Shown in pieces: positions 47,942 to 56,223 of a DNA stretch of 64,000 bases; the first letter of the stretch is position 1; the number at the start of each line of letters is the position of its first letter. The stretch comes from a virus (lineage: Duplodnaviria > Caudoviricetes). Both the position numbers and the translations under genes were made by a program. The notes beneath the pieces are model-generated. The model saw only the letters and a list, made by a program, of their open reading frames with translations. It was not told the DNA's origin and searched no databases. Location: IMG/VR virus record IMGVR_UViG_3300038345_000144; one strand, written 5' to 3'.

Positions 47942-48418
47942 TTAATTCGCCCTGTCTTTTAATGGGTTGACTATCTTAATGTGATAGGTATGAAAATAGC
48001 ACTTACTATCATCATCAATTCTGCCACCACAAGTTACACCGATAACCTTTATGCCCTCAAAGTCCTTAATGATAGACTCAATATGTGTTGCTAACATATC
48101 ATTTTGCCAATAGTTGTAGTCGTGTGGGTTTTGAATGTTATCAAATACTGGTCCTTCTATACGGGAGCCTGTGCTATTCATCTTGTCATAAAGATTGTAA
48201 TAAAAGGCAATATTACCACTTCCCGTTCTGGGTAAACCAACGCCAAAGAAGATGTCAAGGTTGTCATTTGAGGGTAACTCGCCTCTTTCGGTTACGCCTA
48301 CAAGATAATCACCAAATCTTTCCTCGGTTAATTGGTCGGTTATAGCCCTTTTGAGTTTTAACATAATTCCGCTATCGCCCTGATTTGCCTGTCTCATTCT
48401 GTCTGCTATACTTGGCAT
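47942..48418 (-). CDS. hypothetical protein, GIK...NPL family
   Basis: C-terminus GIKVI...IVNPL. Confidence 0.7.
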   Translation of the reverse strand: MPSIADRMRQANQGDSGIMLKLKRAITDQLTEERFGDYLVGVTERGELPSNDNLDIFFGVGLPRTGSGNIAFYYNLYDKMNSTGSRIEGPVFDNIQNPHDYNYWQNDMLATHIESIIKDFEGIKVIGVTCGGRIDDDSKCYFHTYHIKIVNPLKDRAN

Positions 48419-48430
48419 AAATGTTCTCCT

Positions 48431-48940
48431 TTAATATTTGAATTCTTCTTGGAATGTTTCAATAGAGATAATCGGTAAACCCGCATATATTTCTTGTAAG
48501 CCAACAACCAACTCATCATCAGGATTGTTACGGCTTTTTACTGATGGGAATTCAATCTCTGGTACTGGGTATGGATATTCCGCAGGGTCGCCTGTCATAA
48601 TGCCAGTATGTCTCTCTGGGATATATTCACCCTCCCACTCAAAGTCCACATCATCAACACTGACAGTAATGAAAATTGAGTAGAAATCAGAGTCCGTAGG
48701 CGAATAATCAACCCTCTTACCCGAAATCTTGCGAACATAGATAAGGTCATACTCGTCTACCTTCTCTTTAGGTATTTTTGTGACCTTTGTGTAGTAAGGA
48801 ATGATGAGAGCGTTCAATTTATTGATAAACGATATATCATTTACCATTTCCTCTGCTCTCTTAAAGGCGATGTCTGCCTGTTGACCCTTTTCTGCCTTTA
48901 ATTGAATGTGTATTGTCTGTATAAAATCAGTGGTCTCCAT
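48431..48940 (-). CDS. hypothetical protein
   Basis: ORF with RBS. Confidence 0.7.
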   Translation of the reverse strand: METTDFIQTIHIQLKAEKGQQADIAFKRAEEMVNDISFINKLNALIIPYYTKVTKIPKEKVDEYDLIYVRKISGKRVDYSPTDSDFYSIFITVSVDDVDFEWEGEYIPERHTGIMTGDPAEYPYPVPEIEFPSVKSRNNPDDELVVGLQEIYAGLPIISIETFQEEFKY

Positions 48941-48950
48941 AAAGTTCTCC

Positions 48951-49145
48951 TCATTTTGTTTGTAGATAAATTTTGTATGCCTCTTTGACTTTAGGGATAT
49001 TCATATAGCCGTTTTCTTTGTCTCCGCAAGGCTCCTTAACTACCTGCTCTAACGCCGTCATAAGTTCCTGACAACGACCTCTACCACAGGCTTTTACATT
49101 TCCCTGTTCGTCAAATACTTTTGCATACAATTCTTCAATAGTCAT
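48951..49145 (-). CDS. small hypothetical protein
   Basis: LYxxVFDxxGxVKACGRxxC pattern. Confidence 0.7.
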   Translation of the reverse strand: MTIEELYAKVFDEQGNVKACGRGRCQELMTALEQVVKEPCGDKENGYMNIPKVKEAYKIYLQTK

Positions 49146-49160
49146 AAACTTGGTCCTTTC

Positions 49161-49661
49161 TTAATCATACATATTACTTGGTGTAGTGTTAACAATCTCT
49201 CTTAACTTATCAACGGTATATACACCTCTCTGAATATCCTCGTATAGATGGTCAAAACAGTTGTCATTGATAAATGGAGAGTCAACTTCAACCTTTGTTG
49301 GTGTAAAATTGAAGAATACCGTAGCATAATCTCCGTACTGATGCCAACTATAATCGGTAATCTTGTGTTCTTTGATTTTCTTTATTAAATCTAATAATTG
49401 AGCATCATCAAACACTAATTGGTCTAACCCTTCGCTTCGGTCAAACAACAACATAAGGGTTGTTTCTTCGTTATAAGTGTCCCAAATCTGCCAGCAAGCA
49501 TTTTGAATATTATTCAAAGTCTGGAGGGATAATTCGCCTGCCAACTTTTCCCATTCTTGCATTTCCAGATAGGCTAAACAACTACATATTGTGTCTTCAT
49601 TAGCCCCTAACCACAATATATCGGCATCAGTAAGTCCATCTAAATACTTCCAACCGTACAT
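49161..49661 (-). CDS. hypothetical protein
   Basis: ORF with RBS. Confidence 0.7.
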   Translation of the reverse strand: MYGWKYLDGLTDADILWLGANEDTICSCLAYLEMQEWEKLAGELSLQTLNNIQNACWQIWDTYNEETTLMLLFDRSEGLDQLVFDDAQLLDLIKKIKEHKITDYSWHQYGDYATVFFNFTPTKVEVDSPFINDNCFDHLYEDIQRGVYTVDKLREIVNTTPSNMYD

Positions 49662-49671
49662 AAGTTACTCC

Positions 49672-49992
49672 TTAATCAAAACTTTCTATTTTTCTAAAAC
49701 AGGTTCTATCACAAAAATATGGCTTACCATTTGCTATGATAATGTCGGAGGTAGACATACTTCTGCCTTTATAATCGGCTGGGTGATGTTGATTAAACTC
49801 ACAAAAGAGCGACTCAAGATAATCATAAATATCAAGTAAGTCGGTCTCATCTACCCTGTTATATACCTTTTCATAGTTATCAGTAGTAAACTTAAAGCCA
49901 TTTTCGGTGCAGAACTCATAGTCCATAAAACCAAAAGTTCTAAACTGTGGGCAATCGTGTGGGATTTGCCAAATCTCAAATGCTACTATCAT
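49672..49992 (-). CDS. YodL-like domain protein
   Basis: IWQ...NYEKVY...LESLFCEFNQHHPADYKGRSMSTSDII...YFCD..F matches the YodL signature. Confidence 0.75.
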   Translation of the reverse strand: MIVAFEIWQIPHDCPQFRTFGFMDYEFCTENGFKFTTDNYEKVYNRVDETDLLDIYDYLESLFCEFNQHHPADYKGRSMSTSDIIIANGKPYFCDRTCFRKIESFD

Positions 49993-50003
49993 TTCCTATC
50001 TCC

Positions 50004-50075
50004 TTACTCTTCACTGCATAAGCACCAGAATAGTTCAATCCCTAATATCATAAATAGGGCAATTATTCCAGCCAT
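50004..50075 (-). CDS. 23-aa hydrophobic peptide (not in ORF track)
   Basis: MAGIIALFMILGIELFWCLCSEE; GAGGTG RBS; stop fused to the next RBS (TAAGGAG). Confidence 0.55.
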   Translation of the reverse strand: MAGIIALFMILGIELFWCLCSEE

Positions 50076-50113
50076 TCTTTTTCACCTCATTTAACCCAGT
50101 TTCCTTCGCCTAT

Positions 50114-50141
50114 ATTACATTTATGTTACATTTAGATTACA
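50114..50141 (-). promoter_or_regulatory. three TGTAAY boxes at 11-bp period
   Basis: minus strand TGTAAT-CTAAA-TGTAAC-ATAAA-TGTAAT. Confidence 0.7.
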
Positions 50142-50408
50142 TTACTCTAACTCAACATCGAGTATGCCGTCTGATGTAACATAGAAATTCTTGATATTTC
50201 GCATAGTAAGGGTGTTTTCAGCGTTCTGAATGGTTAATGCTGGACCTGTCAGGTAGGTTTTACCGTTATTATGGTCAATCTGAAACTTCAGCAGTTTATC
50301 ACCATTCAATAAACCCTCTGTTGCATTATTCTTCGACCAAATACGCACTTGACTGTTATTTTGGTCGCCATCTGGTCTGTAATGTAAAATCAATTCGCCT
50401 AACTGCAT
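50142..50408 (-). CDS. hypothetical protein downstream of array 3
   Basis: start MQLGE after AAAGGA; the longer track start lies inside a repeat. Confidence 0.7.
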   Translation of the reverse strand: MQLGELILHYRPDGDQNNSQVRIWSKNNATEGLLNGDKLLKFQIDHNNGKTYLTGPALTIQNAENTLTMRNIKNFYVTSDGILDVELE

Positions 50409-50434
50409 ATGTGTATTTCCTTTCTTATATATAA

Positions 50435-50935
50435 ATAGTGCCTCCATATCTGGAGAAATTTAGTTTTAACATAAGTCTTTATGTGTTCCCAAGAAAAACC
50501 TCCGAACAGAGAAATAGCGTACTATTAAGGGTGATGTTGTTTAGTCCACCGATAAACCCCCGTGTTCGGGGAAAAGACTCAAGGTATTTTTGCGTTGATT
50601 AGTCCAACCGAATAACCCCCCATATATACGAGGAAACCTAAACCATTCTGACTATATCAGGAGTACCGTCAGATAAACCCCCGTGTGTACGGAGAAACGG
50701 AAAAATTGGCTCTTTTTTGCATCATTTGTCCGAACAACCCCCGTGTGCGAGGAAACCGAGATTATCCATATATAAGTAGCAATACCCGTGGAATAACCCC
50801 CAATATTGGGGAAAACTCAAACGAAGATGTTATGGAAGTTATTTATGAGGAATAACCCCCGTGTTCGGGGAAAATAACCTCCACCAGTTTGTTTTATGCC
50901 AAAATAAGAATAACCATCAATGATACGGGTCATAA
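50435..50935 (-). CRISPR. type I-E-like repeat/spacer array 3 (9 repeats, 32-35 nt spacers)
   Basis: units near 50435, 50493, 50551, 50610, 50672, 50732, 50791, 50850, 50908; best copy on minus strand TTTTCCCCGAACACGGGGGTTATTC; 58-62 bp period. Confidence 0.85.
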
Positions 50936-51201
50936 ACAATCCTACCACCCGTAATACGAGCATTTGTTATAGATATACGATGTTGAGAAAATCCTCTTGT
51001 AAGCACATCTGCATCTACATAAAACTTTTTACCATCGGCTCCCTCAATCTCGTATGAAGAAATCTCCTTTTGAGGATATTTCCACGGCTGGATAGAGTGT
51101 TCTATCATAGCCTTACCCGTCCACTTACCCTCTTTTTCGAGTTGACCGATAATTCTATAATCCTGTTGAGGTATGTTTTGAACATTGTAATAAACTACCA
51201 T
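50917..51201 (-). CDS. 94-aa protein embedded between two CRISPR-like repeats
   Basis: GGGAGGAG RBS directly after repeat 51214..51239; stop codon inside the repeat at 50908. Confidence 0.75.
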   Translation of the reverse strand: MVVYYNVQNIPQQDYRIIGQLEKEGKWTGKAMIEHSIQPWKYPQKEISSYEIEGADGKKFYVDADVLTRGFSQHRISITNARITGGRIVYDPYH

Positions 51202-51213
51202 TCAGCTCCTCCC

Positions 51214-51239
51214 GAATAACCCCCAAATATTGGGGATAA
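51214..51239 (-). repeat. solitary type I-E-like repeat (first unit of array 3)
   Basis: GAATAACCCCCAAATATTGGGGATAA, nearly identical to the copy at 50791. Confidence 0.8.
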
Positions 51240-51241
51240 TT

Positions 51242-51469
51242 TTATTTGATTTCTGTATCATCATACCACAAGTAATATGGCTTCAAGCAGTGATTTCTGA
51301 AGTATTTATCAATCTCCTTGATTTCCTCCACGCCTTCCTGCTCGGCTACTCTTGCATAGATTACATTATCTACGCCAAGTGTCTCGGCAACAAAGAAGAA
51401 CCTATTACCGTCCTTAAACTTGTCAGCCCAAAGCATATCGTCCCTGTGGATAAGTAGTTTTATTAGCAT
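51242..51469 (-). CDS. hypothetical protein
   Basis: 75 aa; stop codon 2 bp before the repeat. Confidence 0.7.
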   Translation of the reverse strand: MLIKLLIHRDDMLWADKFKDGNRFFFVAETLGVDNVIYARVAEQEGVEEIKEIDKYFRNHCLKPYYLWYDDTEIK

Positions 51470-51502
51470 ATATAAGTTCCTTTCAAGGTTTTCTGTTTTA
51501 TT

Positions 51503-52069
51503 TTACTCATCATCTGTGGTTTCGTAAAGTTCTAACTTATAACTATTAGTCTGCCAGTCAAATGAAACCATCTGGTGATAATCGTCCTCATTAGGCTCAT
51601 CATACGAGTTTGAATTCTCACGGGCATACTGATAAGCATAATCGTCCTTGTCACCGTACTCTTCCTGTTCTTCTGGGGACAAATCATCATACTCATCTTC
51701 GCCTTCTTCATAAGCCTCATCCCAATCTCGTCTGTCATATTCATAATCGTCTTCGTTGAAATCATCAGCAAAATCCTGTTGCTCAAAGCCTTCACCAAGA
51801 CCATCAGAGTTCTGACCACCAATCCAATCACTGATAGGGGCAAGTTCCGCTTCAGTTAATTCTCTCCTTGTTTTGAGTTCAATATAGCCTGAATTGTCAT
51901 TCTCCAACTCCCAACGAATACTGATAATAGCGTTTCTTGTGTCCATCAAAACATCGTCATCGTCAAGAAGATAACTTGTCATATTATCTTCCGTAAGATA
52001 TTCATACGCCGCATCATAATCGTTAACGGAGCCTGTAAGATTAAAGTATGTACGATAAATGTAAATCAT
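51503..52069 (-). CDS. conserved hypothetical protein with acidic insert
   Basis: GQNSDGLGEGFEQ motif. Confidence 0.75.
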   Translation of the reverse strand: MIYIYRTYFNLTGSVNDYDAAYEYLTEDNMTSYLLDDDDVLMDTRNAIISIRWELENDNSGYIELKTRRELTEAELAPISDWIGGQNSDGLGEGFEQQDFADDFNEDDYEYDRRDWDEAYEEGEDEYDDLSPEEQEEYGDKDDYAYQYARENSNSYDEPNEDDYHQMVSFDWQTNSYKLELYETTDDE

Positions 52070-52080
52070 AAGACTTCTCC

Positions 52081-52455
52081 TTATAATTCAATAGATTTAG
52101 GGTCTGCTAATGCTGTAACTATATCAAGTACATTCTGTGCCAAATTAGTTAAGGCTTTATTTTCCTTAAAGTTAGCCATTCTTCCCTTAATATAGTCTGC
52201 ATAATCTTCCCACTTCCAACCACCTGTGGAAAGTACGCTCTCGCCACACTCTTCAGAGATATTCTCAACTGTATTGTCGGCTACCATTTCCAAATGTCCT
52301 GAAACTACGCCAAGAACATCAGAAAGCGTTTCGCACTCTTCCTCAAAGGTATCATCTTCATAATCATAAACAAAGAAATTGCCTGTTTCTTCATTTCTCT
52401 CGTAGTAGAAACCGACATATCCTAAAATCTCTTCAAGTGATATAGAATTAGCCAT
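52081..52455 (-). CDS. hypothetical protein
   Basis: start MANSI after AAGGAGAA. Confidence 0.7.
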   Translation of the reverse strand: MANSISLEEILGYVGFYYERNEETGNFFVYDYEDDTFEEECETLSDVLGVVSGHLEMVADNTVENISEECGESVLSTGGWKWEDYADYIKGRMANFKENKALTNLAQNVLDIVTALADPKSIEL

Positions 52456-52465
52456 AGACTTCTCC

Positions 52466-52690
52466 TTATGTTCTGATGCAAAGTGTCTCATTAGGACCAG
52501 CACTTACACTATAAACCTCAACATCGTAGTAGGGCTTGAGTTTATCATCAAACTTATTAGCGATTGACTGGAAATTACCACTGCCAGGTCTGATGTTCAA
52601 AATAGGTGTATTTACCACCTCAAATACAAGTCTTTGATTGTTCTCCACAACATTAAGTAAATCGTATAACTTCATAAAGTAATCCTCCAT
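52466..52690 (-). CDS. small hypothetical protein (~70-aa family)
   Basis: MKLYDLL...EVYSV; true start probably the internal Met. Confidence 0.65.
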   Translation of the reverse strand: MEDYFMKLYDLLNVVENNQRLVFEVVNTPILNIRPGSGNFQSIANKFDDKLKPYYDVEVYSVSAGPNETLCIRT

Positions 52691-53145
52691 TATTTAATCT
52701 CAACTCTATAACCATTAACGCACTGAACACAATATCCGTACTCGTCAGAAAGCCAATCGGTCATTACATCTTCATCATCGAGTTCATTGAAGAAACGATA
52801 CATTTCGGTTGTAATGCCCTTGCCTTCAACAGTAAGGTTAAAAGGCAAATCTGCGTCATCGTTATACTCATTAGTATCTTCATCGTAAGTGTCCCACTCT
52901 ACGCCCTCAATATAAACTGTGATTGAGTTGTAGTAGAACTCTTTAAGAGCCTTTTCAAGTTCTTTTGCATCGAGATACTCATAGTCCTTGAGCAAATCCC
53001 ACTTGTCTGTACCGTTGTAACTCTCAAAAGTCTCTCCAAACGGAATAGCGGAAATAACGGCTAAAATGTCATCAAACATCTGCTCGTTATCCTCATACAT
53101 AGGATAGAGTTTTGCTCTTAATTTGTCTAATTCTTCAATATACAT
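52690..53145 (-). CDS. hypothetical protein
   Basis: C-terminal VEWD...LP...DWLSDEYGYCV pattern. Confidence 0.75.
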   Translation of the reverse strand: MYIEELDKLRAKLYPMYEDNEQMFDDILAVISAIPFGETFESYNGTDKWDLLKDYEYLDAKELEKALKEFYYNSITVYIEGVEWDTYDEDTNEYNDDADLPFNLTVEGKGITTEMYRFFNELDDEDVMTDWLSDEYGYCVQCVNGYRVEIK

Positions 53146-53157
53146 AGTTGTTCTCCT

Positions 53158-53484
53158 TTACTCATAGAAAAATATAACTCTCTTCGTTGACGGGCAGTAA
53201 ATTGTAGTGCCTAATCCATCTTCAGTAAGATATTGAGCGTATTCAGACACAAACTGCTCCCAATCAAGAAAATGCAGTTTAAGGAATGAGCCTAAATCTC
53301 CTATACCACATTCCGTAGAGTCCATTATGTCATTAAACCAAGACTCACCAGGCTGGGTAAACTTTACCTTCCAGTTTTCTCTGGAAAGGTCTCCATTTAG
53401 GTTATATTGCTTTTTAATATCAGTAATTTCGGAGTATTTAAGTCCTTGTTTTCCTAAATACAATTCCCACTGTGCTAAAGTCAT
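53158..53484 (-). CDS. hypothetical protein
   Basis: ORF with RBS. Confidence 0.7.
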   Translation of the reverse strand: MTLAQWELYLGKQGLKYSEITDIKKQYNLNGDLSRENWKVKFTQPGESWFNDIMDSTECGIGDLGSFLKLHFLDWEQFVSEYAQYLTEDGLGTTIYCPSTKRVIFFYE

Positions 53485-53493
53485 ATTAACTCC

Positions 53494-53946
53494 TTAATCT
53501 TCCTCATCGCCCCAGCCTTGATTTGGGTCTGAAGGACTTGGTTTACACTCGTCATAGGAAGCACCCTCTTTATAAGTAACCTTAATTGGGTACTCCAAAC
53601 ACTCATTGTTTCTATCATCACAAGCCATAACAATACCAATATCTCGGAGTGGGATGTTAATAGGCTCGCCATTATAGAAGTGCATCATTTCTTCATCAGT
53701 AACCCACGGAAGTCCTCTATCCCAAGTGCCTGCCTTAATTCGTCTGATGATTTCAGGTATCATATCCTTATTCCACACGGCAACAAGGTCATATACATCT
53801 TTCCCTCCGAAATGTCCGTAACCGTCATATTCGGGTTCTTCGAGGTTACTACCAAATTTAGGCGGTACTAACAAATAGCACCATTTCTTTTTATTATCTA
53901 AAATTGGCTTACCTGTAATACAATCTCTCCAACTAAACTGTCCCAT
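53494..53946 (-). CDS. conserved phage-type hypothetical protein
   Basis: MGQFSW...YDGYGHFGGKDVY...DPNQGW. Confidence 0.75.
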   Translation of the reverse strand: MGQFSWRDCITGKPILDNKKKWCYLLVPPKFGSNLEEPEYDGYGHFGGKDVYDLVAVWNKDMIPEIIRRIKAGTWDRGLPWVTDEEMMHFYNGEPINIPLRDIGIVMACDDRNNECLEYPIKVTYKEGASYDECKPSPSDPNQGWGDEED

Positions 53947-53957
53947 AATAAATCTCC

Positions 53958-54377
53958 TTATGAAATATTGAAATAGTCCATATAGTATAAAATGTCCCTT
54001 ACAACATCAACAAAAGACTTATCTTCAGCCTTCTTTGACGCTATAAGACATTTTTCACCTAACGGGGTAAGTGGAATATCAAGAGAAACTCCGTCCAAGT
54101 GCATAAACTCAATATCGGAGCCGTTTCTATGTGCTGTAAAGAAAAAGAATTTCTTTTGCGGTGTAATGCCAAACTTTATTCCTTTAGGGAACCACCATTC
54201 ACCATTTCTTTCAAAAGCACCAAAATTTTCAAACAACTCTCTGGTCTCTGGGTCATCATTACCACACTCACCGTAGCAGGTATCTTCTGCAAAGGTAATC
54301 TCTTTGATATTGAATATTCTCTCGTCCCAGACAGCATTATCTATAATGTCATAGCCGTTATTCTCATCAACTATCAT
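53958..54377 (-). CDS. hypothetical protein
   Basis: ORF tiling the operon. Confidence 0.7.
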   Translation of the reverse strand: MIVDENNGYDIIDNAVWDERIFNIKEITFAEDTCYGECGNDDPETRELFENFGAFERNGEWWFPKGIKFGITPQKKFFFFTAHRNGSDIEFMHLDGVSLDIPLTPLGEKCLIASKKAEDKSFVDVVRDILYYMDYFNIS

Positions 54378-54378
54378 A

Positions 54379-54774
54379 TTATTTGCCCTCTACATACTTA
54401 TCTACATATTCGTCCATAAATCTTTGAGCATCGTGGATATGATACTTGAGGTCTTTGCAAATACGAGTTATGAGGTCAGGAATATTGCTGTCCTCGTAGA
54501 TAGTGTAAAAAGTCTCGGTATCATCTACTTCTCCTGTATTCTTGTCAAAAGGCATATTCCAGTCAAAGTCATACTCGTTCATAGCACTGTTAATAGGGCA
54601 ATAAGCCTCTTTAACCCCAATCATATCAAGGTCATTAGGTTCCTCAATATAACCAAATACATAAGCCCAAATATAGTTATCGTCTCTGGCAAATTCAAGC
54701 CAACAGGTAGTAGAGTGTTCTTTCATAATCTCTGTAACGAACTCTTTTACGGTTGCATTGTCTAATTCTTTCAT
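54379..54774 (-). CDS. hypothetical protein
   Basis: YDFDWNMP..TGEVDDTE motif; GAGGTG RBS. Confidence 0.7.
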   Translation of the reverse strand: MKELDNATVKEFVTEIMKEHSTTCWLEFARDDNYIWAYVFGYIEEPNDLDMIGVKEAYCPINSAMNEYDFDWNMPFDKNTGEVDDTETFYTIYEDSNIPDLITRICKDLKYHIHDAQRFMDEYVDKYVEGK

Positions 54775-54777
54775 AAA

Positions 54778-55113
54778 TCACCTCAACCACATCTCGTAGA
54801 TAACATCATAAGAGATGTTCAACATCTTGCTCAACTTTGAAAACATACGCTCTCTTACAATGGAGTCACCTACACCAAAGCACTCATATACATCGGTTCC
54901 GTCATTCAAACAATCCCAAAGGTTCTCAAATGTAGCCTTTTCGTCAAGGTCCTGACCTAACTCATCAGTAGGGAAAGTCTTGGTGTAGAACTCTTTAAGG
55001 AACTGCTCTGATAATACTCTACGGGCATTTGGAGCCAATGCAATCTTTTCACCGTTCTTAACACGGGCAATCAATTCCTCTTCGGAAATTTCAGAATAAG
55101 CGTTAATATCCAT
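54778..55113 (-). CDS. conserved phage-type hypothetical protein
   Basis: FPTDELG...DVY..GVGDSIVRERMF; start MDINA. Confidence 0.7.
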   Translation of the reverse strand: MDINAYSEISEEELIARVKNGEKIALAPNARRVLSEQFLKEFYTKTFPTDELGQDLDEKATFENLWDCLNDGTDVYECFGVGDSIVRERMFSKLSKMLNISYDVIYEMWLR

Positions 55114-55114
55114 A

Positions 55115-55615
55115 TTATTCGTCTCCATTAAACATCTTAATAAGTTCTTTTTCGTATCTTCTTTGAACCGTACAAAGTTCATCAAATTGTAACGCATTTT
55201 CATAGGAAATGTCAACACAAATATGACGACCACTTCTGCCTAACAGGTACACTTTTACGCCTGTTTCAGCCTCAAACTGCTCTGCAAACTGGTTTACTAC
55301 AAAAGAGTAGTCTTCTGCGTCAAAGTCGTCCGTAATGTTAATGTCCCATATAGTACGGTTGTCGGACAACTGAATGTAACTTCCGTGGTCGCCTCTGTAT
55401 AAGTGATTTTCTCTTATATCATCAGCGAGTTTAACGGTTTGGACCATCATTTTCTTGAGTTCTTTGTAGTCATCAAAGTCCTCAACATCCCAATCGGTAA
55501 ACTTATCCAACTGGGCTTGAATACTATCCTTCTTGGTGAGGTTACACTCTAAAATGTCCTCATTATCCATCTGATAGTCAAACAATTCTCTTGCAATACA
55601 ATACATATCAGGCAT
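55115..55615 (-). CDS. hypothetical protein
   Basis: GRSGRH motif; AGGAGG RBS. Confidence 0.75.
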   Translation of the reverse strand: MPDMYCIARELFDYQMDNEDILECNLTKKDSIQAQLDKFTDWDVEDFDDYKELKKMMVQTVKLADDIRENHLYRGDHGSYIQLSDNRTIWDINITDDFDAEDYSFVVNQFAEQFEAETGVKVYLLGRSGRHICVDISYENALQFDELCTVQRRYEKELIKMFNGDE

Positions 55616-55628
55616 AAATATAGCCTCC

Positions 55629-55892
55629 TTAATTATAGCGTCTTAAATCGTCGTACTCTTCCAATATAATTCCCTTGAGCCTCTCAAACATAGGGTCATC
55701 AAGGCAACAATTCTCAATAGTGCCTGCAATACAGTTGATTACGGGGATATTGTCATAGTAGATTTCCCACCATCTATCATACCCACCTCTTGCCATACTC
55801 CAGTGAGTAGCAACTGCTAATCGTCCATCTTCATCGAATTTTCTTAAAATCTGTCTAAATCCGTTAATGCTACCAATCGTTACCATACTCAT
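55629..55892 (-). CDS. hypothetical protein
   Basis: ORF tiling the operon. Confidence 0.65.
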   Translation of the reverse strand: MSMVTIGSINGFRQILRKFDEDGRLAVATHWSMARGGYDRWWEIYYDNIPVINCIAGTIENCCLDDPMFERLKGIILEEYDDLRRYN

Positions 55893-56223
55893 CCACCTCG
55901 TCTTGTGTTAAGGATAAATTAACACACTTCTTGTTGTACTTGAACTTGGCGAATTTTTCACCAGCCGTATCGCCTTTTAACACAATAAGCCCCTTTGGAA
56001 TACCTTGCCAGTACCAAAAATACATATCACAGAGGTATGATGTACCATCGGATAAGATTACCTCAATAGTATAAATACCATCATCAGCAGGCAATTCTAA
56101 CAAACAAATGCAATCATATCCGTTAATCTCTTCTATTTTTCCGTGGAGATATACTGCGTATATACAACCACCTTTTTTGTATGTGCTGGATTTAGCATCA
56201 TTTCTTACGGCATATCCAATCAT
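55870..56223 (-). CDS. hypothetical protein
   Basis: ORF with GAGGTG RBS. Confidence 0.65.
   Translation of the reverse strand: MIGYAVRNDAKSSTYKKGGCIYAVYLHGKIEEINGYDCICLLELPADDGIYTIEVILSDGTSYLCDMYFWYWQGIPKGLIVLKGDTAGEKFAKFKYNKKCVNLSLTQDEVDEYGNDW

Noticed and set aside
33757-50935. Self-targeting of array spacers within this window
   Set aside because: I noticed no protospacer by eye; the check was not exhaustive and needs a computed search.
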